A DNA stretch of 64,000 bases from Eledone cirrhosa (taxonomy: Eukaryota): positions 196,230,001-196,294,000 of the forward strand of contig OZ024740.1 of NCBI GenBank assembly GCA_964016885.1, given 5' to 3'. The translations under genes were made by a program, and so were the position numbers. The notes under the pieces were generated by a model, which made no database searches, had not been told where the DNA came from, and saw nothing but the letters and a program-made list of their open reading frames with translations. Every line of letters begins with the position of its first letter. Positions within the stretch are counted from its first letter, which is position 1. This document shows positions 1-13,774 of the stretch, in pieces.

Positions 1-829
1 TTATGTGCAATGAACAAAAAAAGGATATATATATAGTTGCAGTGTGTCATGTGTGCCAATGTAGTAATATTTAACTGATCTGACCTGTATTGGTAAAATT
101 TTCCCAGCAAGGCTGGCTAGCGAGAGTGTGTACTGTATATAATGCTACATTACAAGCCAAACAAAACAAGTGATCTCTCTGTTGTGTGTCAGGAGGCAGA
201 CTGATTTTTTCAAAAGGAAATTTATCTATTATTCTCCCTGTATACAACTGGTAGAGTTAGTCCTTGAACCAGAAAACATTATTTAAATTATGGGGCTCTG
301 AGGTTGTAGGTCAGTATTAAGATGGTTGTATGTGGCAGACTATGAAAAACCATTGTGTGAAATTGTGTTGAGATTTCACTATACTTGTATGTGGGGTCAT
401 ATGGCAGTCATGATATATTTCATTTAATGTCTGTCCATAGTCTATTCATCATCCTCACATGAAAAAAAAAATCAAAAAAATCAGAAAACTCCAGTGTTGT
501 CCACAATGGAGATAGGACCTTCCAGGCAGGGAGGGGGGGGGGGGGGGGGGGGGGGGGGGTCTGCATCTTGCTTATGTATGGTCATATGTTCTATCAAGTG
601 CACAGAAGTTGTCATTTCTTTGACACAACTAAAGGGTCCTCATACCTTTTGTTTTGCAAGCTTTCTATGGCTGGATGCCCTTCTTATCACCAGTGTGTAC
701 TGGGTGCATTTCTCATGTAGATCACCAACACTAGGGAAGTTGTTGTGTCTTTGACACAACTGAAGAGTCTTTTTAGGCATGGATATTGAAACATCAATTT
801 TGTAGATGATTATTGAAACAACAATAACA

Positions 830-992
830 GCCAAGACTGCTGCTACTACCACCATCACTACCAACACCATCACCACTAACACCACTACCAACACAACTAC
901 TGCCATCACCAACATTACCACCACCACCAGCACCATCACCACCAACACCATCACAACTACCGTCACCGCCACCACCACTACCACCACCACCA
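830..992. repeat. (ACC/ACT) trinucleotide low-complexity tract; many (TA)n, (GA)n, (TG)n, (ATCT)n and (CAG)n microsatellites elsewhere (3860-3992, 5060-5130, 5566-5755, 8520-8640, 32314-32386, 33265-33325)
   Basis: Simple repeats are directly visible. Confidence 0.95.
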
Positions 993-1145
993 AAATACAA
1001 AAAGTAAAACAATTATGTTAATCACCAAGAAAATTCAGTCAGATCTTGTTCAAACTTCAGACCTGTTCTTATCCTGGTTGGTAATGTCTCATGAAATCAT
1101 TAAATAGATGTTAAAATATGATAAATTATGTTAGATTAAACTTAC

Positions 1146-1249
1146 AGAATATTCCTCAACTGCCAGAGTTCGTTGGGATTTAGATTTAAATGGAACAGTT
1201 ACAGCTTTGGAACTGGACAGTACAAAATCATAATTAACAGAATATTCAC
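1146..1249 (-). CDS. STPG1: STPG1-like exon 6 ((C)EYSVNYDFVLSSSKAVTVPFKSKSQRTLAVEEYS); gene continues beyond the window
   Basis: tttttctacag acceptor in phase 1 completes PGP-C-EY. FKSKSQR matches STPG1 FKSKTNR. TCT|GTAAGT donor. Confidence 0.8.
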
Positions 1250-3262
1250 CTGTAGAAAAAAAACAAAATTTGTTTTCGCTGTTAACATGGTGGAGACCTA
1301 AATGTATTCATGAGTGAATAATGATATTGTAATATCATAACATTATAAACAGCCTCATACCTCCAAGTATCGGCCGCTCTCCAACAGGTTTGCAGTCGAG
1401 CCCCTAGCAGTGGAGACTTCTGGTGTCCTTGGCCCTAGGACCACCTCACCACCATAGGTGCTGAGCTGGCTAGCCGCAAGTGTGAGCCTCGCGAGAATGG
1501 CTCTTCCAGCGCATCTCCCTTACATCTTACATTCTGTCTGCTGGGGCCGTGGGGCGACCAGCGCGTGGGATCCCATTTGCTCATAATAGTGAGAGATAGG
1601 GAGGGCGAGAGAGATTGAGGCGATGACAGTAGGATTTCAGCTCCTCTGTATTCGGACCTGGTGTACGTGTTTGTGTGTACGTTTACTTCTATTCATTCGA
1701 TATGACAGTAACAAGTAATACCAATAAATCACACATTCAAACACGACGTGGTAGATGACGTCACCTTTTTGTTCCAGCAGTAGCTGAGAGAAAACAATCA
1801 ACAATTGTTTCGGAGTATCTTGACAAGGAGCAAGATACTCCGAAACAATTGTCGATTGTTTTCATTCAGCTACCACTGGAACAAAAGGATGGCGTTCTAC
1901 CACGTGGTCTTTTATGAGGCTATTTACTTGTGAACAAACCGAGTGGATTGGCAGTATCGGTAGAGCGTCAGATACCATGCTTTGCAGCAGAGTTATGGCC
2001 CTTTACGTTCTGAGTTCAAATCCCGCCGAGGTTAACTTTGCCTTTCATCTTTATGGGGTCGATTAAATAAAGCACCAGTAATGCACTGGGGTAATTGCTG
2101 GCCTTGTGCCAAAAGTAGAAACAATTATTATTCACTCACGAATACACCTGTAGAAAAATATATTATTTTTGTTAGGGGAGAAGGTATATGCCACACACAC
2201 ACACAAACCCATATATGCACACAGATGAAGACGTGTGTGCATATATGTATGTGTGTAGGTTTTTGCCAATGAAGACATTTGTACCAATGATGACGATGAT
2301 GAAAACGATGACGATGATAATAATTTTTTATTGAAATTCAGTCAACAACGTGGCAAACTCCATGTGGTCGTTCATTCTTTTAGAAATAGCAGTCAAATCT
2401 TCCTCAAAGTGCAACCTTCCTTATTAAAACGGAAGGACATGCTGGACAATGCACACAGTCTACGTAAATAAAAACGGGATGGTCAACCTAGAATGCCTTT
2501 GATAAAAAGGTCCTCTCAATCAAAGCCGACATGGGAATAACACTATTCTGAATCGAAGAAAATGTTTGCACTGATTGCATGTACATTAATGTGTTCGTTT
2601 AGTTTTGCCCCCCCCCCCCCTCCCCCTCTTTTTTTTCTTTCTCTTTCTCTCGCTCTGACATGTGTTTAACGAACTACATACACGGATTATATAAGAAAAT
2701 AGTTAGAAAAGTTATATAAAAATATAATGCTGACGGAACGAAAACAATATATACAAATATAAGAAAAAAACGGATCCATAAATTATATTTCGATTTATAC
2801 ATGCTGTGTATTTTTTTTAGTATATTTTGTAAAAACTGTGAATTTGTAATGTTGTTCCTACATGTCAGTGGTTTCCCACAATAAAAATCATTTAGTAATA
2901 TAAGCACTCCATTCATTAGTTAAGAGCCATAATATGAAACCTTATAATGTGGATGAATCCCAAGCCTGTATGTATGTAATTATGAGTATGTGTGCATATA
3001 TATATATATATACGATATTAAATAAATGGAAACTATATTTATAAAACCATATTTATTTCATTATATATATAATGAAATATATATAATGAAATATATATAA
3101 TGAAATATATAATGAAATAAATATAATGAAATAAATATGGTTTTATAAATATAGTTTCCATTTATTTAATATCGTAAATATACTCCAAATACTTGTTGAG
3201 TGCTTTTATATCAGTTATAAATATTTACTCGTTGTAACCCAACAATTTAAATAAAACTTTGC

Positions 3263-3296
<34 letters not shown>

Positions 3297-3466
3297 GGGG
3301 GGGGGGCTGAGTAATATTGTAGAACAATGAAACTATGCATATATTAGATAAGTAGCACTCAACAATTGGTAGAACTGGAGTATATATATATATATAATAA
3401 AGATAGTTATAAGAGTTCCGTGTAATAAAATATATAGAACTCTTATAACCATCTTTATTTCATCTT

Positions 3467-3501
<35 letters not shown>

Positions 3502-3768
3502 AATACAAATTAGCGAGAATCGTATTTCGGCTTAGGAATTAACGAAAAACAACTTCGGAGATGTGTGGCAAGCGCTCAATGATTCAGATGAACCAGAGCT
3601 ACAACATACGTTAAAGGCCAAACACACTGAGACGATGGTTAAACAATCACCCTCACAACCATAAAAACGACCAAGTAATTCGGGTCAAACAAATAAAAAT
3701 ATATGTGATTGAAAATATAAAACGGAAGATGTCTGTCTGTGTGTGTGTATGGTTTTTATGCATTTCCA

Positions 3769-3822
3769 CATTTCTGATGAAAGCGCACCATAGTTTACCT
3801 TGCCCTTGAAATATGTATAATG
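3769..3822 (+). ncRNA. Hammerhead-like motif, second Penelope-type family
   Basis: CAUUU CUGAUGA AAGCGCA..UGCCCUU GAAA UAU GUA| UAAUG; stem II and stem I each have one mismatch. Confidence 0.55.
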
Positions 3823-3862
3823 AAATAAATATGGTTTTATAAATATAGTTTCCATTTGTTAA

Positions 3863-3997
<135 letters not shown>

Positions 3998-5058
3998 TGA
4001 GAAAAAAGGGAGAGGGATTGAGAAAGAAAGAAAGTTTAAGCAAAGAATCGCTGCTTTCAACATTAACGGGATCTTCTGAAACTAAAAAATTCAATCTGTG
4101 AACGCAGAATTAAATATTTCGAGAAACGTTGCAACCGAAGGAAAACAGGAAGACGATATTTTGGTTCGTGAAGACGTTCCCTGGTAATGACCAGAAATAA
4201 AGCGAGGATAATACGTCGTTATGTGGACCGAGAAGAACAATTTCATGCAAAGACAAGACCAAGTTTATGGTGTAAATGGAGTCGTTAGACTAATCTATTT
4301 AAAATAACCGAATGATTTCCAGCCCCGGAGTTTAAGAATGATGTAAATAAAATTGTAAACGAAAATGACAGAAGTTATTAAAATAGTTGTTTCTACTTTT
4401 GGCACAAGGCCAACAATTACTCAGTACATTACTGGTACTTTATTTTATCGACCCCGTAAGGATGAATGGCAAAGTTAACCTCGACGGGATTTTAACTTTG
4501 CCTTAAATTAGTAAAAGTAAATAGTGAAGATTTAGGCCAGTACATACGTATGCGCCGACGGACATACACATACATATACATACGCACACACAAATACATA
4601 CACACACACACGCACGCACGCGTATGTGTAAACCTTATGCATTTCTACAGTATTTTCACCAAACGTAAGACATAGGTTACTTATGTACTCCGGATGGTCA
4701 TGGGCACTTTCATTTTTACAGATATTGATTATAGGGCCTCCAGGCAGATAATCCCCTTTAACCACTTCCTTGGAGTCGACTGAAGCACTGCAGTGCAATG
4801 CAACAAAATGTCATAACCTCTGGAGTTCGCAACCGATTTCCACAAAACTTGACACATGGGCTACGTTTGTTCTACAGATGAATGTGAACTCTCAGAATTG
4901 GCACATATTGAGTAGGGGACCCTGGGGGAAGGAACCCACTTTTGGAAAAAGCCGATGATTTTGTAAAAGTATAGTTTTCGAAGCAGCACTGAAGTATTGA
5001 CATAAATGGTATACATAACCACTATTTAATACCCGAGCAACGCCGGGTACCTCTGCTA

Positions 5059-5126
<68 letters not shown>

Positions 5127-5132
<6 letters not shown>

Positions 5133-5480
5133 GATATTAAACAAATGGAAACTATATTTATAAAACCATATTTATTTCATTATACATATTTCAGGGATAC
5201 CATATTAAAAATATGGCATGCCTTCGTCAGATAAAATACAATATATAAACAGTTTTATAAATAATTTTGACGTACCATAATATAAGCGACCATTAAATTA
5301 GAAGGCTGCCTTAATGGTCGCTTATATTATGGTACGTCAAAATTATTTATAAAATTGTTTATATATTGTATTTTATCTGACGAAGGCATGCCATATTTTT
5401 AATATGGTATCCCTGAAATATGTATAATGAAATAAATATAGTTTTATAAATATAGTTTCCATTTGTTTAATATCGTATAT
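5127..5480. repeat. About 350-bp near-perfect palindrome (170-bp arms, 14-nt spacer), Penelope-like inverted end
   Basis: 5127-5296 is the reverse complement of 5311-5480. A related, shorter palindrome at 3011-3176 has the same downstream sequence. Confidence 0.85.
5368..5434 (+). ncRNA. Hammerhead-like motif inside a long palindrome (mirror copy at about 5173-5239 on the - strand)
   Basis: CUGACGA, stem II AGGCAUGCCAUAU/AUAUGGUAUCCCU, GAAA UAU GUA. Stem I is degenerate. The 3' flank matches the 3769 copy. Confidence 0.5.
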
Positions 5481-5565
5481 CTACTCCAAAAACTTGTCGA
5501 GTGCTTTATATCAGTTATAAAATATTTACTTGTTGTAACCCAACAATTTTAAATAAAACTTTTGC

Positions 5566-5758
<193 letters not shown>

Positions 5759-6169
5759 CGGGATAACAAGTTATCGTTATAGGCAATCCACTTAGAGGTA
5801 CTCCGTGTTGTGGATGGTTTTAACGTATGGCTTAGTTTGACTCAACAAGACGCTTCCATGGTGATGCAGCGAGTTCGCGATGATTTCTATGTAGGTTATA
5901 CTTGGAGTAATAATAATTCAAGAAAGAAGAGTAACATGGTTGACTATACAATAAGGGCTTTATTCAGTGCTGACAATTGTTTCGTTGATCTCGTAGGTCT
6001 AGAGCTCGCTAATTGCTTGATGTTGCATCAATCGATCTCCAATACTTTGTTTACAACCAGTCAATTCATCAGAGCGTGTGGATGTGAGGATAATACGCAA
6101 AGCATGGCTTTTATAGAAGAGTGGTGTTAGTCCAGAACAATAACATCAGTAACAAACTATCAAGATACT

Positions 6170-7140
6170 GAATAATTAAAATAATAACATCAATATAAGT
6201 AAGAAATAGAATATAATGATAAACCAAGCATGGTAAACGAACAGAGATGATACAGATGTATGAATTGACATGCGAAATCTACCATAGGGTACTTTATAGG
6301 TAGTAGTTGAGGGATGAATTAACATAGATGAAGAGATAACTAATAAAATGTACTTAGAGTTAGATATTGGAATCTACACTTTAAGTGCAATTATGAGGGA
6401 TTTAGATACAAGTGGGCTGTGGGTCTGAAAGCCTACTAGCGATAAACCGGAGATTGATTTATGGTTTGACAGATAAGTATTTTTTTCTGTTGTATCAACT
6501 TAGTGAGATTGATGGAGTGAGTGTATAAAGATTTATGGTTCTTAGGTAGCTGGTATTAAGTGAAGTTGTAGATTCAGTATGTTAAGGTTTAGGTGGCTTA
6601 TTCTAAATGTTGGGATTGCTAGTTCGAATCATGGGGGTTTAGTTTTCGCAACATCAATAACAAAGAGCGTATAATTAAAACAATAACATCAACAATAAAA
6701 CATGCATGGTAAATAGATAGAGAACATGATGAATAAAATTAGGGATAGGGTACATTGAGATGATCATAATAATAAGAAGAAGAAAATAAGAGTTTCAAAG
6801 GAGTGTAAGAGTAATAAGATAATGTACTTAGAATTAAGTTCATCTGTTAGAGATCATGGGTCCTAATATGAGATATGTAGATATAATTGTGTGGTCCTAA
6901 AGAATAAACAACCGCAAAGACGAGATTGATTTATGGGCTGACAAGATAATTGGTAGATGTTTGTAGACATTCCTGCCCTATCTTGGTGGTATAGATGTAG
7001 GGAGGCTGGAAGGTGTTTATAGAAGTTTATGGTTCTGAAATAGGCTGTGTGAGAATGCGGATTTCATACGTTAAAGTCTAGGTGGTTTTCCATGAATTTT
7101 GGAGATGCTGGTTTGAATCACGGTGGTTTTAATCTCGTAA
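6170..7140. repeat. Diverged tandem duplication of about 480-490 bp
   Basis: Colinear anchors: ataattaaaa..ataacatcaa (6172/6671), aatgtacttaga (6346/6821), gagattgatttatgg (6450/6922), tttatggttct (6532/7025), taggtgg..tgct.gtt.gaatca (6590/7079). Confidence 0.7.
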
Positions 7141-7349
7141 ATTTAGTAGCAATCCTGTCTGCAGAAAATTGACCTTTCTATTTTGCTGTTAAGTAGCATT
7201 TTATCGTACCTTAAGATATGTAGCAATTCAAGGTTGCAGAGCCCGCAATGGGACATACCGCTGCTATAGGCCTTTGCGGCCGCTAATTTCGACCAGTTAA
7301 TATTGTAATCAAGGTTTTTATCCTTAAGTTGCTAGATTTTGTCCGCATT

Positions 7350-8049
7350 CCAGACCCTGTGAAATGTGAGTGAAAAAAGGATTTCACACAGGTCAGATGG
7401 TAGGAAGTGAGAGAGGGGAAGTAGCAGAGAGTGAGTGAGTGAAAGTGTGGGGAACAGGCCAGCTGAGAGAGGGTGACTGGCAGAGGGGGTGAATGAAGGT
7501 AAGAGATACAAGGAGAGAGAAAGAGGATAGCAGTAAGAAAGAAACAGACTGATCACAGCGGAGGGAAAAATATAAATGAAAAATGGCAATTGGCGTGCTG
7601 CGTTGTTGCAAATGGGATACATATGAATAAAATTAGAGCGAGAAGACAGGACTGCCCGTCATCAGTGATCTTCCAGCCATCATCGGTATTTCTTCGCATT
7701 AAAGACCATATACCTCAGGCTGGTGCGAACAATAACTAAAAAAAGTTATTGGGACAAGTAGAATTGGGTGAGAAAGCAAGACATGTAAACAAACAGAGAT
7801 GGTAATGCAACGGAAAGAGAGGAAGATGAGAAGCAAGTCCGTGATATCTGTGAACTTAAGTTCGAGCAAATCGTGGACGAGAGAGAAGACACGTCCAGAC
7901 CCTGTGAAATGTGAGCGAGAAAAGGATTTCACACAGGTCAGACGGGAGGAAGTGAGAGAGGGGGAGTAGCAGAGAGTGAGTGAGTGAAAGTGTGGGGAAG
8001 AGGCCAGCTGAGAGAGGGTGACTGGCAGAGGGGGTGAATGAAGGTAAGA
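7350..8049. repeat. About 155-bp direct repeat pair (7350-7506 and 7895-8049)
   Basis: ccagaccctgtgaaatgtgag...gggggtgaatgaaggtaaga occurs twice; possibly pseudo-LTRs of a Penelope-like relic. Confidence 0.75.
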
Positions 8050-8274
8050 TATATATATATTTATATATATATATGTGTGTGTGTGTGTACGTATGCATAC
8101 TTACCTTTATGAATCAGCTGTGCTAGAGCGAGAAATAAAATTCTTATTTCATTTTTAATATTCGGCAAAGCCAATCGCAACTCGCTCGTTATGCAAATGA
8201 GGCTACTCAGCCGATGTATACTTAAGAAAATACTGTCTATTTTCAACCGTTCAACACATTGGCAGAGAGGTATA

Positions 8275-8315
8275 TAGTCCTGATGAAGTGTAATGACCCA
8301 GAAACATGTTGATTG
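8275..8315 (+). ncRNA. Hammerhead ribozyme motif (diverged relative of the 36-kb element)
   Basis: UAGUC CUGAUGA A GUGU-AAUG-ACCC A GAAA CAU GUU| GAUUG. Palindromic AACAUGUU; one mismatch in stem II; outer stem GUUCAACAC/GUGUUGAAC. Confidence 0.7.
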
Positions 8316-8516
8316 TTCCTCAAAGCCAGTGTTGAACAAACAGATGACGGCTGGTCACCGGCACAGCACAGCCTTTAATCGGGCTCGTTTCGATAATGTT
8401 CGATATAACCCATACGTACATATGTATATATATAGTTAAATATTAGACAGGAACAAAAAACAGAAAGGCAGCACAAATAGTAGTTTATTAGGTTCACGCT
8501 TTTGAGAGTGGGGGAG

Positions 8517-8644
<128 letters not shown>

Positions 8645-9314
8645 TATGCATACTTACTTCTATTCATCAGCTGTGCTAGAGTGAGAAATAAAATTCTTAT
8701 TTTAATTTTATATATATGTAAAATCCCATTATAACGATTTTTTAAATACCTCGTGAAGTTCGTCATAGCGGAATTTCAGTGTGCGTGTGCGTGTGTCTCT
8801 CTCGTATATTTATGTGTCGTATATTTATTTATATCTATTTAAGTATTACAAATCTAAACAATTTCAACGTCAATCCTATTTACCAATAGAAGGAAATACT
8901 TGAAGCCGATTCTTAGAAATAGACTAATTTATTTTTATTTTACACTCCTTCAGACTGTAAAATAAAACCACACACATAATAGAATTCAAACACATGAGAA
9001 TATATATATCTACGTTTCTTGATAACCTCATTCCCTCACAAACAAAGTCGTAACAGTAATTTGTTATTCCCTCTTTTTAATATCATTGGCTCTTTATCCT
9101 TAGGTCAAAAAAAGAAAAAAAGAAAAAGAGTTGTTTTACTTCGGTGACATGCCTGAAAATATACTTTGGCGCTTTCCTTTTCACATTTTCAAATCTCCAC
9201 TAACTGAGAATTATATTAAACTAGCAGAGCTACCCGGCGTTGCCCGGTATAACTCTCAATAGAGTAGTCGTTCAAATGAACCGAAAGACTTCCGTTAAAC
9301 ACGACTATAGAAGT

Positions 9315-9720
9315 AACAATTTATATGTGTTGGCCCTAAAGAGGGCCTTTGAACGTTCACTTTGAAATATCTCTGCGGCGGTGCTGCCAGCAAAGACGAA
9401 TCCGATGGTAACAATTTAAAGTTGGTGGCCCTAAAGAGAGTCTTGGATCGTTCACTCTTAAAAGTCTCAGCGGCGGTGCTGCCAGCAAAGACGAATCCAG
9501 CGATAACAATTTATAGTTGGTGGCCCTGAAGAGGACCTTTTAACGTTCACTTTGAAATATCTCAGCGGCGGTGCTGCCAGCAAACATGAATCCGATGGTA
9601 ACAATTTAAACTTGGTGGTCCTGAAGAGAGCCTTGGATCGTTCACTCTTAAAAGTCCCAGCGGCAGAGCTGTCAGCAAAGACGACTCCGATTAGAGGTGG
9701 TGGCCCTTAAGAAGTCCTTC
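9315..9720. repeat. 95-bp minisatellite (about 4.3 units, alternating A/B) in the Helitron 3' region
   Basis: AACAATTT unit starts at 9315, 9410, 9505 and 9600. Units 1/3 and 2/4 share diagnostic variants. Confidence 0.9.
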
Positions 9721-12700
9721 ACGCCACTTTGGTGTGTCGTATTTGCTTTGCTTGTTATTTGAGATTGTAACCTAGAAAAGCATGTAACAGTCGGTGGCCA
9801 CAAAAACGGCCTTGGCAAGATCACGGTGGTATGTCAAAAAAATGTGTAAATAAGATGTAGGGAAAAGTAGATTAATTAGGTTAAAACTACGGAATATCGA
9901 TAGCGAAGCGTAATAGCAACATATAAATGTGGAAAACGAAGACATTGAACATTTATAACGTATAGCAAAAGCAGCCTCAGAGGCGTACGTGGTATTGTCA
10001 AAAGGACAAAAATAGCACACGGATACAGCAAATGTAAGCACTTATACCAAAAAAAAAAAAACACTGATTACTTGTTGGCGGATGGAGTGCCTACAAAACT
10101 TCCTTATAGACTATATTTTGGGTTTTCTCGCGAATTGCAAAAGCAAATAGGTTATGTCAGCTCCCCTCTAGAGAGCAGTCAACATATAGTTGACCATGGG
10201 AGAAGCACGGTTCTTCTAAATTAAGCCTTACGACCGTCAGCATTTGACCCTGTGATTTGTTAATCGACATGGCGAAACTGAGCCGGAGAGGGAATTGCAG
10301 TCTTCTGAATGTGAAAGGAATGTCTTTACCAGATGGAATGAGAGGTATCCTTGGTATGAAGACAGTATCTCCCTTACCACATCCTGTAAGTATTGTTGCC
10401 TCAATAATATGAGGCTTCGCCTTTTGGACGACCAACGCGTGCCGTTGGAAAGCCTTCGGGGTTCCAAAGTCCTGAAGAGCATGACAGGGACACCTTTCTT
10501 AAGTCGCAGTAAGTATCCGGGAGGGTCTAGGGAGTTAAGAAATTCTGTGGGGGTAATTAACAACTTCGTCCGGATCAGCCATAGAGTCAAGGGACTTGTA
10601 GACGTGCAGGTTTCTAGGCAAGCACAGCATGAGCTGTTCATTGATGCTTCCAACTATGTGGTTTTTCGAAGCCAATATTGCGCGTTCACACAACCACTCT
10701 TGATTTATGTAGTTCTCCTCAAGATTAGGAAAAGCAGACGTCCGTAACTCAGCAATTGACTTAACGCATCTGCAAATCCCTGTGAGGTCCGCTGCACCAT
10801 CTCCGTCGAGTGGGACTTTGCCATCTCCCAATGAGAAAATGGCAGCAGCAAAACCCGCTGATGTCTCATCACCTTGCAGTTGTGCTCTCGTTTGTTGTAA
10901 GCGTCAACTTTCTTACATAACGCCAAAGTGGGGAGGCCTTAAGGCATGCACCAACCTCATCAGCCCACATACTTTTTGGGATTACAGGCAGAGTCTGTCG
11001 GAAGTCCCCAGATAACAGGAAAGTGACACCTCCTCTTGACAGTCCCTGATGTCTCTGAGTGACCGGTCTAATGCCTCGAAAGCCGCCTTGTGGGCCATTG
11101 TGCATTCGTCTCAAACAATTAGTAGGCAGCGCTTTAACACCAGTGATTTTCCAGAAGACTTGCTGATGTTGCACGTGGGTGTCTCAGATGATGCCACGTT
11201 GAGAGGAAGACTGAAGACAGAATGGGCTGTCCTGCCACCAGGCAGCAAAGTTGCTGCAATGCCGGAAGAAGCCACAGCCAATGCGATGTTTCCATGTTGC
11301 ATCACTGCAGCGAGTAAAAGTTTGATTACAAATGTTTTGCCCGTGCCTCCAGATGCGTCCAGCAAGAATAAACCCCCTCCCCGATTACGGATGGAATCAA
11401 CGACAATGTTGTAGGCTTGTTTTTGATCCATTAGAAGTTTTGGTTCATTTTTTTCAACATACCTTTTGAGTTCGTCAACATCATATGATGTTTCACGTAT
11501 AATGTCGTTGGGAATGTCAGATGGCGCATCTCGAAGTGTTTGCGGAAGCCCATATTTCTCCAAGACATCTCCGTCCATTGAAGCCACTCTGTCTTCAATA
11601 TTGATCAGAGTTCTGTTATATATAGCGTCTGAAAAGCCGACATCTAAGTTTTGATATTGCAATTGAGCGAGATGCCTATATTCATCTGCGAAATCATCTT
11701 TAAACTTTTGCCATAAAGAGTAAGGATCGCTCAATTCACAGACGTGCAAGAGGATAGCAAAAAAAGTGCCCTTAGACTACGGGATGATTGTGAGATCGCA
11801 GCTTCTGTCAAGGTTGCATCCCATTGTGCGTCATCTTCTAAAAGTCCATGCCTCGAGCAGGCTTCCCTGTACGTTCCGCAGGCGTATCCAGTGACGGTTC
11901 TCAGATGAGTGAAGCTGGTCGGCCCTCTTACCTCATGAAGCAGAAGTCGCAGGTAGAAGCATTCGTGTTGGGTAGGGTGGACCGTATAAACTCGCCCAAG
12001 GCAATTGTCGAATTTGATGCCTGGATGTCCAACCACCTCTTGCCCTACCTTCTTTCGTAGTCATTCTGTCCAGTTCCATGTATAGTAAGACGGTATTTCA
12101 GAATACAGCAGAGTTCGAGCGAAGTCGTCGTGTTGACAAAGTTTGAAAAAAGCGGTGAGTGTAGTTTCCTTTGGTGAAATCGCTAGCTGAGCAGCCGTAG
12201 CATCGTTGAAATACACCCGTCGACCGTTTTCAAGGTGAACGGCAAGTTGTTTAATGACGGGGTGTCGTTGGTGCAGTGGGAAGCCAAAAATCCGCCAAAA
12301 GGCTTCATTGCTGCTAATGTATCGGCCTGCTTGGTAGTCAGATACCTCGTCTCTACTGTTTTCATGATGAAGACCAAAGACGGCAGCATCCGATCCCTTG
12401 TTTACATACTTACAAACGTATTTAATTGATTTTAGTGAGTTGCAAAATTCGACGTTTATATGGGCGTTGAACGCTTCCAAGAGGAGGGGGAAATATGACA
12501 CTAACCAGCTGTTGTCGATTTCGCGTTCGCCAACTTTTGCTGTGAACCCACCGTCTTCAGGTCTCCTGCGCCTATACAACGGATATTCGGTCACCACCAA
12601 TCTGTGTTTCCTGTAAAAACGGCCTGTATGCAAAAACGGCGTGTATGCACTGGGACTTCATATTGAGTCCATGTCTGCAAGGACCATGGACCAAAAGTTT

Positions 12701-13774
12701 CTTTTGATTTAATTTAATGAACCATAATCTCTCGGACTCCATTTTAACGGCCATATCAACAGTAAATTGTTGGAAAAGGTCTCGAGAACGGTGTTGATGG
12801 TTGAATGAATTGTCCCTTACCAAAAATCGGAAAGCGTAGAAATCCATGCAGGTGACAGTTTTGCTAAGATGTGACTCGCCATTGCCTGTTGAATGTTGAG
12901 GAATGCCGAAATGGTATCCATCCTTGCCGTTGACAAATAGCAATGGATACTGGAGTGCATCGTAGGACCTGTGTGTCTCATTGATATGCTGTAATGTGCT
13001 GTCTCGGTGCTGTTCACCACAAATAACTGCAGCAATCTCATTACATGTTGGTGCGTTGAACTGACCAGCGTGTTCTCCAGAATGTATGACCACACTAAAA
13101 TTTGGGTCAGTGGCTGTTTCCAAAACGTACTTGAAACTGCGAACATAGCTGTTTTTGTCATGAAGCATTTCTTGAAGTTTTATTATGGTTTCAATGTTAA
13201 TTTTGGACGAAATAGAGTTTCACATCTCTGCCTGCTCCTGATAGTTTCCAATGAAGTGTAACTGAAGAAATTGAGGATCCTTTTCTGCCAGAGGCTGAAT
13301 AGACCCAATCAAGTGGTAGATCTGCCTCTGGACCTTGAAAGTTGGCATGAACCCACGTTCCGAGGCAAGCTTTGCTCCGAAGGATGTCATCTGAAACGCG
13401 GAGTTGTAGCGGCGGATATTACGCAGAAATTTCGATGATTCCTCCGTCGTGTCTGTCAAAAGGAGTTGCAATGTCTCTGGAGGGTCGTGAATAGGAGGTA
13501 GTCTAACTTTACCGTTTGAACAGCACATACCATCTCTCTCCCTTGGCCACTTTTTCGTACGACAAAACTGGCAAGTAGAGATCATTTCCCCTAATTTGAA
13601 TATCTGCATGGACGGCGTAGTCGGAGGAGGGGTCGTAGTTAAAGGCCTTCAACAACCATCGTGAATTGCAAGTCCTAGAAATGCCACGTAACGATGATCG
13701 CCGCAGTTCACTTTGCAGAAGTCGGCCACGTCGTTGCTCTATGGTCTCAGTATTTCGTGCAGCAGCAGTGGCAG

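Noticed and set aside
640-1021. Poly-Thr, poly-Val and poly-Gly ORFs
   Set aside because: Translations of an ACC/ACT trinucleotide tract in an intron; no splice or homology support.
9315-9720. CRISPR-like regular repeats
   Set aside because: Whole 95-bp units repeat with no unique spacers; eukaryotic context with no cas genes.
10157-11749. Host PIF1 helicase gene
   Set aside because: Intronless, frameshifted, fused to Rep motifs and enclosed by Helitron termini.
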